Shown: positions 61,976 through 64,000 of the stretch, in pieces
How the letters are laid out: each line of letters starts with the position of its first letter
Numbering within the stretch: position 1 is the stretch's first letter
Origin: Phycisphaerales bacterium
Lineage (GTDB): Bacteria > Planctomycetota > Phycisphaerae > UBA1845 > G020352895
Length of the DNA: 64,000 bases
NCBI GenBank assembly: GCA_020352895.1
Contig: CP070685.1
Location: forward strand, 3,356,649 to 3,420,648
Direction: 5' to 3'
Translations under genes and position numbers: made by a program
Notes under the pieces: model-generated
The model's input: the letters and a program-made list of their open reading frames with translations, nothing else
Told to the model about the DNA's origin: nothing
The model's database searches: none

Positions 61976-63934
61976 CTACATGTTTCTCAGTGCAATCCAG
62001 ATCGGGCTTGAATAGACCCATTCCCCGTCAGCCTGTTCGATGCGCACGTAATAATAATCCCCGTCGCAAGCGGGTGCCGGGTCGACCCATTCCCAACTCT
62101 CCAGCAGGCCCTCGCATGTTCTTTGACCCACAGTCTCGTTGTTCTTGACTACAGTGACGCTCTTGACCGGCGCGTCGCCGAGAACCGAGACGCTCAGCTT
62201 CCGCTCCTGGTTCGGGTCATCGAGCGTCGCCACCCCTCCCATGTGCACGTCTCCCATGTGAAACCGCAGCACCGCCCGGCATCCCGTGGTCGCGTACACC
62301 CTCCGCGCCCGGAGAGCCTCCAGCACGGCCTCCCGCGTCAACGCCGTTGCATAAATGCCGGCCAGTCCTCCACACCCTCCGCCCAGGGCCCGCATGCCCG
62401 GATGCCCGTCGTGCGTGTCGCCGGAACCGACGATACCCAGCCTGTATCCCCGGGCCAGCGCACTCTGCACCATCCCGGACTCGACTGGGTTGTAAATGCA
62501 CTTCGGATGTCCCATCGCCTCCGACACGCCGTGCACCGACGTGATCTCCACGACGGGCTCGAAATGCGGATCATAGTACTTCCAGAACGTTGGGACAGGC
62601 CCGCCGCCCGGATGATGATCCACCGTGATGCAATCCCGCTCCGCCAGCGCCGCCCACAACTCCTTCGGCTCGTCCGTCTTCTCGTCGAAGCTGGTGATGA
62701 CTACGGCCTCGCTCTCGTCCGCGAAGATGACATGCTTGTGCCCATACTGCCAGTTGGTCCACTCGTACCCCGGAAACGTCACGAAGCGTCCCGGCTCATG
62801 GTAGGACCGCGACACCTCCAGGATATGCCGCCACGCCGCCTTATCCTCATCCAGCAGCGTGTAGCCCCAGTGACCGTGGTCCGTCAGCACCGCTACGTCC
62901 AGCCGGGACACGTCCCGCGCATACCGATACCAGTCCTCGGGCAGGGCTGTCCCGTCGCTGAAGTTCGAATGGCCGTGGAGGTCGGCCCAGTACAGCGTGT
63001 ACTGCGAAGGCCCCCTCTCCGTAACCACGATAGGAGTGGATTGTGCCTGCTCCAACGCCCCGTCCGCATCCTGGGCCGCGAACCACAACACGCCCGCGGC
63101 TTTCGGCGTGACGCGCACCCGGGTGCTACCACGATCGGATTCCTCAAACGTGACCTCTGCCTCAAAGTCCGCCGACGCCATTAGCGCCCTCAGCGCGGCC
63201 TTACCCTCGTATGACTCGACGAGGTTGTTGCCCGGATCGACCGCCGACAAACGCAGATCAAACGCTCCGCCCACGGTCGCGTGTGACGGCCCGAACAGCA
63301 CCAGACGGCTGGCCTGCCGAGCTTCCACCCGAATCGTGGGCTGCTCACGGATCGCCGTGAAGAACCCGTCGCCGTCGCCGTCCACCTTGATGAAGAAGCG
63401 CTCGCCGCGCTCGGCGTACCGATCCGTTAATCCCCGCGCCCTCGCGTTCCTGCCTCCTGACGTGTCGCCATATACGAAGTTCAGTGCCGTCCCCGCCTCC
63501 AATGGACGCTCCCGGATGATGGCCACCACACTACCGTTCTGACGGTCCACGTACGTGTCAAGTTTGACCTGCTCATCGGAACACCGCACCGTCACGTACC
63601 CGGGAATCTGCGGACTCACGTCCTGCGGCTGGGACCAACCCCAGAACTGCGACACCATGCACGCCACACCACCGCCGACCGCAATCCCTTCCCCCGCGGC
63701 TGTGTAGACGATCGTCATCGTGACAGGCTCGCGGACGCCCACAACATCGGGCGTCACCGCCGCCCGGCCCTTCCCGTCGTGCGGTGATGGCGCATAAGCC
63801 GACTCGTCCGGAAGCACCACGCGCGGCTTCGGATCAGACTCGTCGTCCGATTCTTCGGCCCGGCCTGCAACAAATGCATGCAGCACCGCCGTCACCATCG
63901 CGAGCACACAGAGGATTGTCAGAGCTTTCGACAT
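61976..63934 (-). CDS. exported PHP-domain metallohydrolase (CehA/McbA- or DUF3604-like)
   Basis: The signal peptide is MSKALTILCVLAMVTAVLHA. The PHP-type metal motifs are YWADLHGHSNFSDG, VAVLTDHGHW and GSGDTHDGHPG. The N-terminal domain is beta-rich. Confidence 0.7.
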   Translation of the reverse strand: MSKALTILCVLAMVTAVLHAFVAGRAEESDDESDPKPRVVLPDESAYAPSPHDGKGRAAVTPDVVGVREPVTMTIVYTAAGEGIAVGGGVACMVSQFWGWSQPQDVSPQIPGYVTVRCSDEQVKLDTYVDRQNGSVVAIIRERPLEAGTALNFVYGDTSGGRNARARGLTDRYAERGERFFIKVDGDGDGFFTAIREQPTIRVEARQASRLVLFGPSHATVGGAFDLRLSAVDPGNNLVESYEGKAALRALMASADFEAEVTFEESDRGSTRVRVTPKAAGVLWFAAQDADGALEQAQSTPIVVTERGPSQYTLYWADLHGHSNFSDGTALPEDWYRYARDVSRLDVAVLTDHGHWGYTLLDEDKAAWRHILEVSRSYHEPGRFVTFPGYEWTNWQYGHKHVIFADESEAVVITSFDEKTDEPKELWAALAERDCITVDHHPGGGPVPTFWKYYDPHFEPVVEITSVHGVSEAMGHPKCIYNPVESGMVQSALARGYRLGIVGSGDTHDGHPGMRALGGGCGGLAGIYATALTREAVLEALRARRVYATTGCRAVLRFHMGDVHMGGVATLDDPNQERKLSVSVLGDAPVKSVTVVKNNETVGQRTCEGLLESWEWVDPAPACDGDYYYVRIEQADGEWVYSSPIWIALRNM

Positions 63935-63960
63935 GTCCGTACTCTAGGAATCTGCGCGGC

Positions 63961-64000
63961 TCAGCCCCCTTCGTCGACCAACTTCTTCCTCAACAACGTC
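63961..64000 (-). CDS. 3' end of an unidentified minus-strand gene (truncated by window edge)
   Basis: The reverse complement reads ..TLLRKKLVDEGG-stop, with the stop at 63961-63963. Only 13 codons are visible. Confidence 0.2.
   Translation of the reverse strand, partial: TLLRKKLVDEGG

Overview
This is a high-GC bacterial chromosomal segment. It has no rRNA, no CRISPR array, no prophage and no intact mobile element. The gene content suggests Planctomycetota, possibly Phycisphaerae-like, but that is inference only. The relevant genes are secreted prenyltransferase/squalene-oxidase-repeat proteins, TSP3-, dockerin- and HEAT-repeat exported proteins, many lipoproteins, a lone flagellin gene, an alternative GlmU-like sugar nucleotidyltransferase and PolX. 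I call about 45 CDS, 2 tRNAs (Leu-CAG, Lys-CTT) and a few promoter and terminator candidates. Layout by coordinate:
- 1-5 kb: glycogen debranching enzyme, a sigma-70-family factor, tRNA-Leu and an MFS transporter.
- 5.3-13.3 kb: a membrane-anchored 12-heme cytochrome c, two lipoprotein proteases (metzincin, subtilase), and an operon of an alpha/alpha-toroid protein with a coiled-coil protein.
- 13.5-16.8 kb: hflKC and a TSP3-repeat protein with a Cys-containing C-terminal sorting tail.
- 17-21 kb: tRNA-Lys followed by GT4 glycosyltransferases, one a GT4-GT4 fusion.
- 22-30.5 kb: flagellin, PolX, a multi-PAS kinase with a CheY-like regulator, and panB.
- 30.6-42.3 kb: a PEP-CTERM/EpsH1-type exopolysaccharide locus (Wza-like, chain-length determinant, Tyr kinase, FemAB-like, 2 GTs). 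No exosortase is visible. It is paired divergently with a 1,415-aa ExeA-like ATPase fused to about 1,100 residues of coiled coil.
- 42.4-64 kb: HU/IHF, lipoproteins, and a 561-bp intergenic region with a near-perfect sigma-54 promoter and a structured leader. Then a degenerate TadZ/CpaE-like ATPase with PilZ and HEAT genes, rpmB, GT-C-like membrane proteins, housekeeping genes, and an AT-richer islet with short tandem repeats.

The strongest candidates for something new are the giant ATPase/coiled-coil fusion with its trimmed EPS locus, the sigma-54 leader region, and the TadZ-like/PilZ module. I see no canonical defence system. All family assignments come from motif recognition by eye and need HMM or BLAST confirmation.
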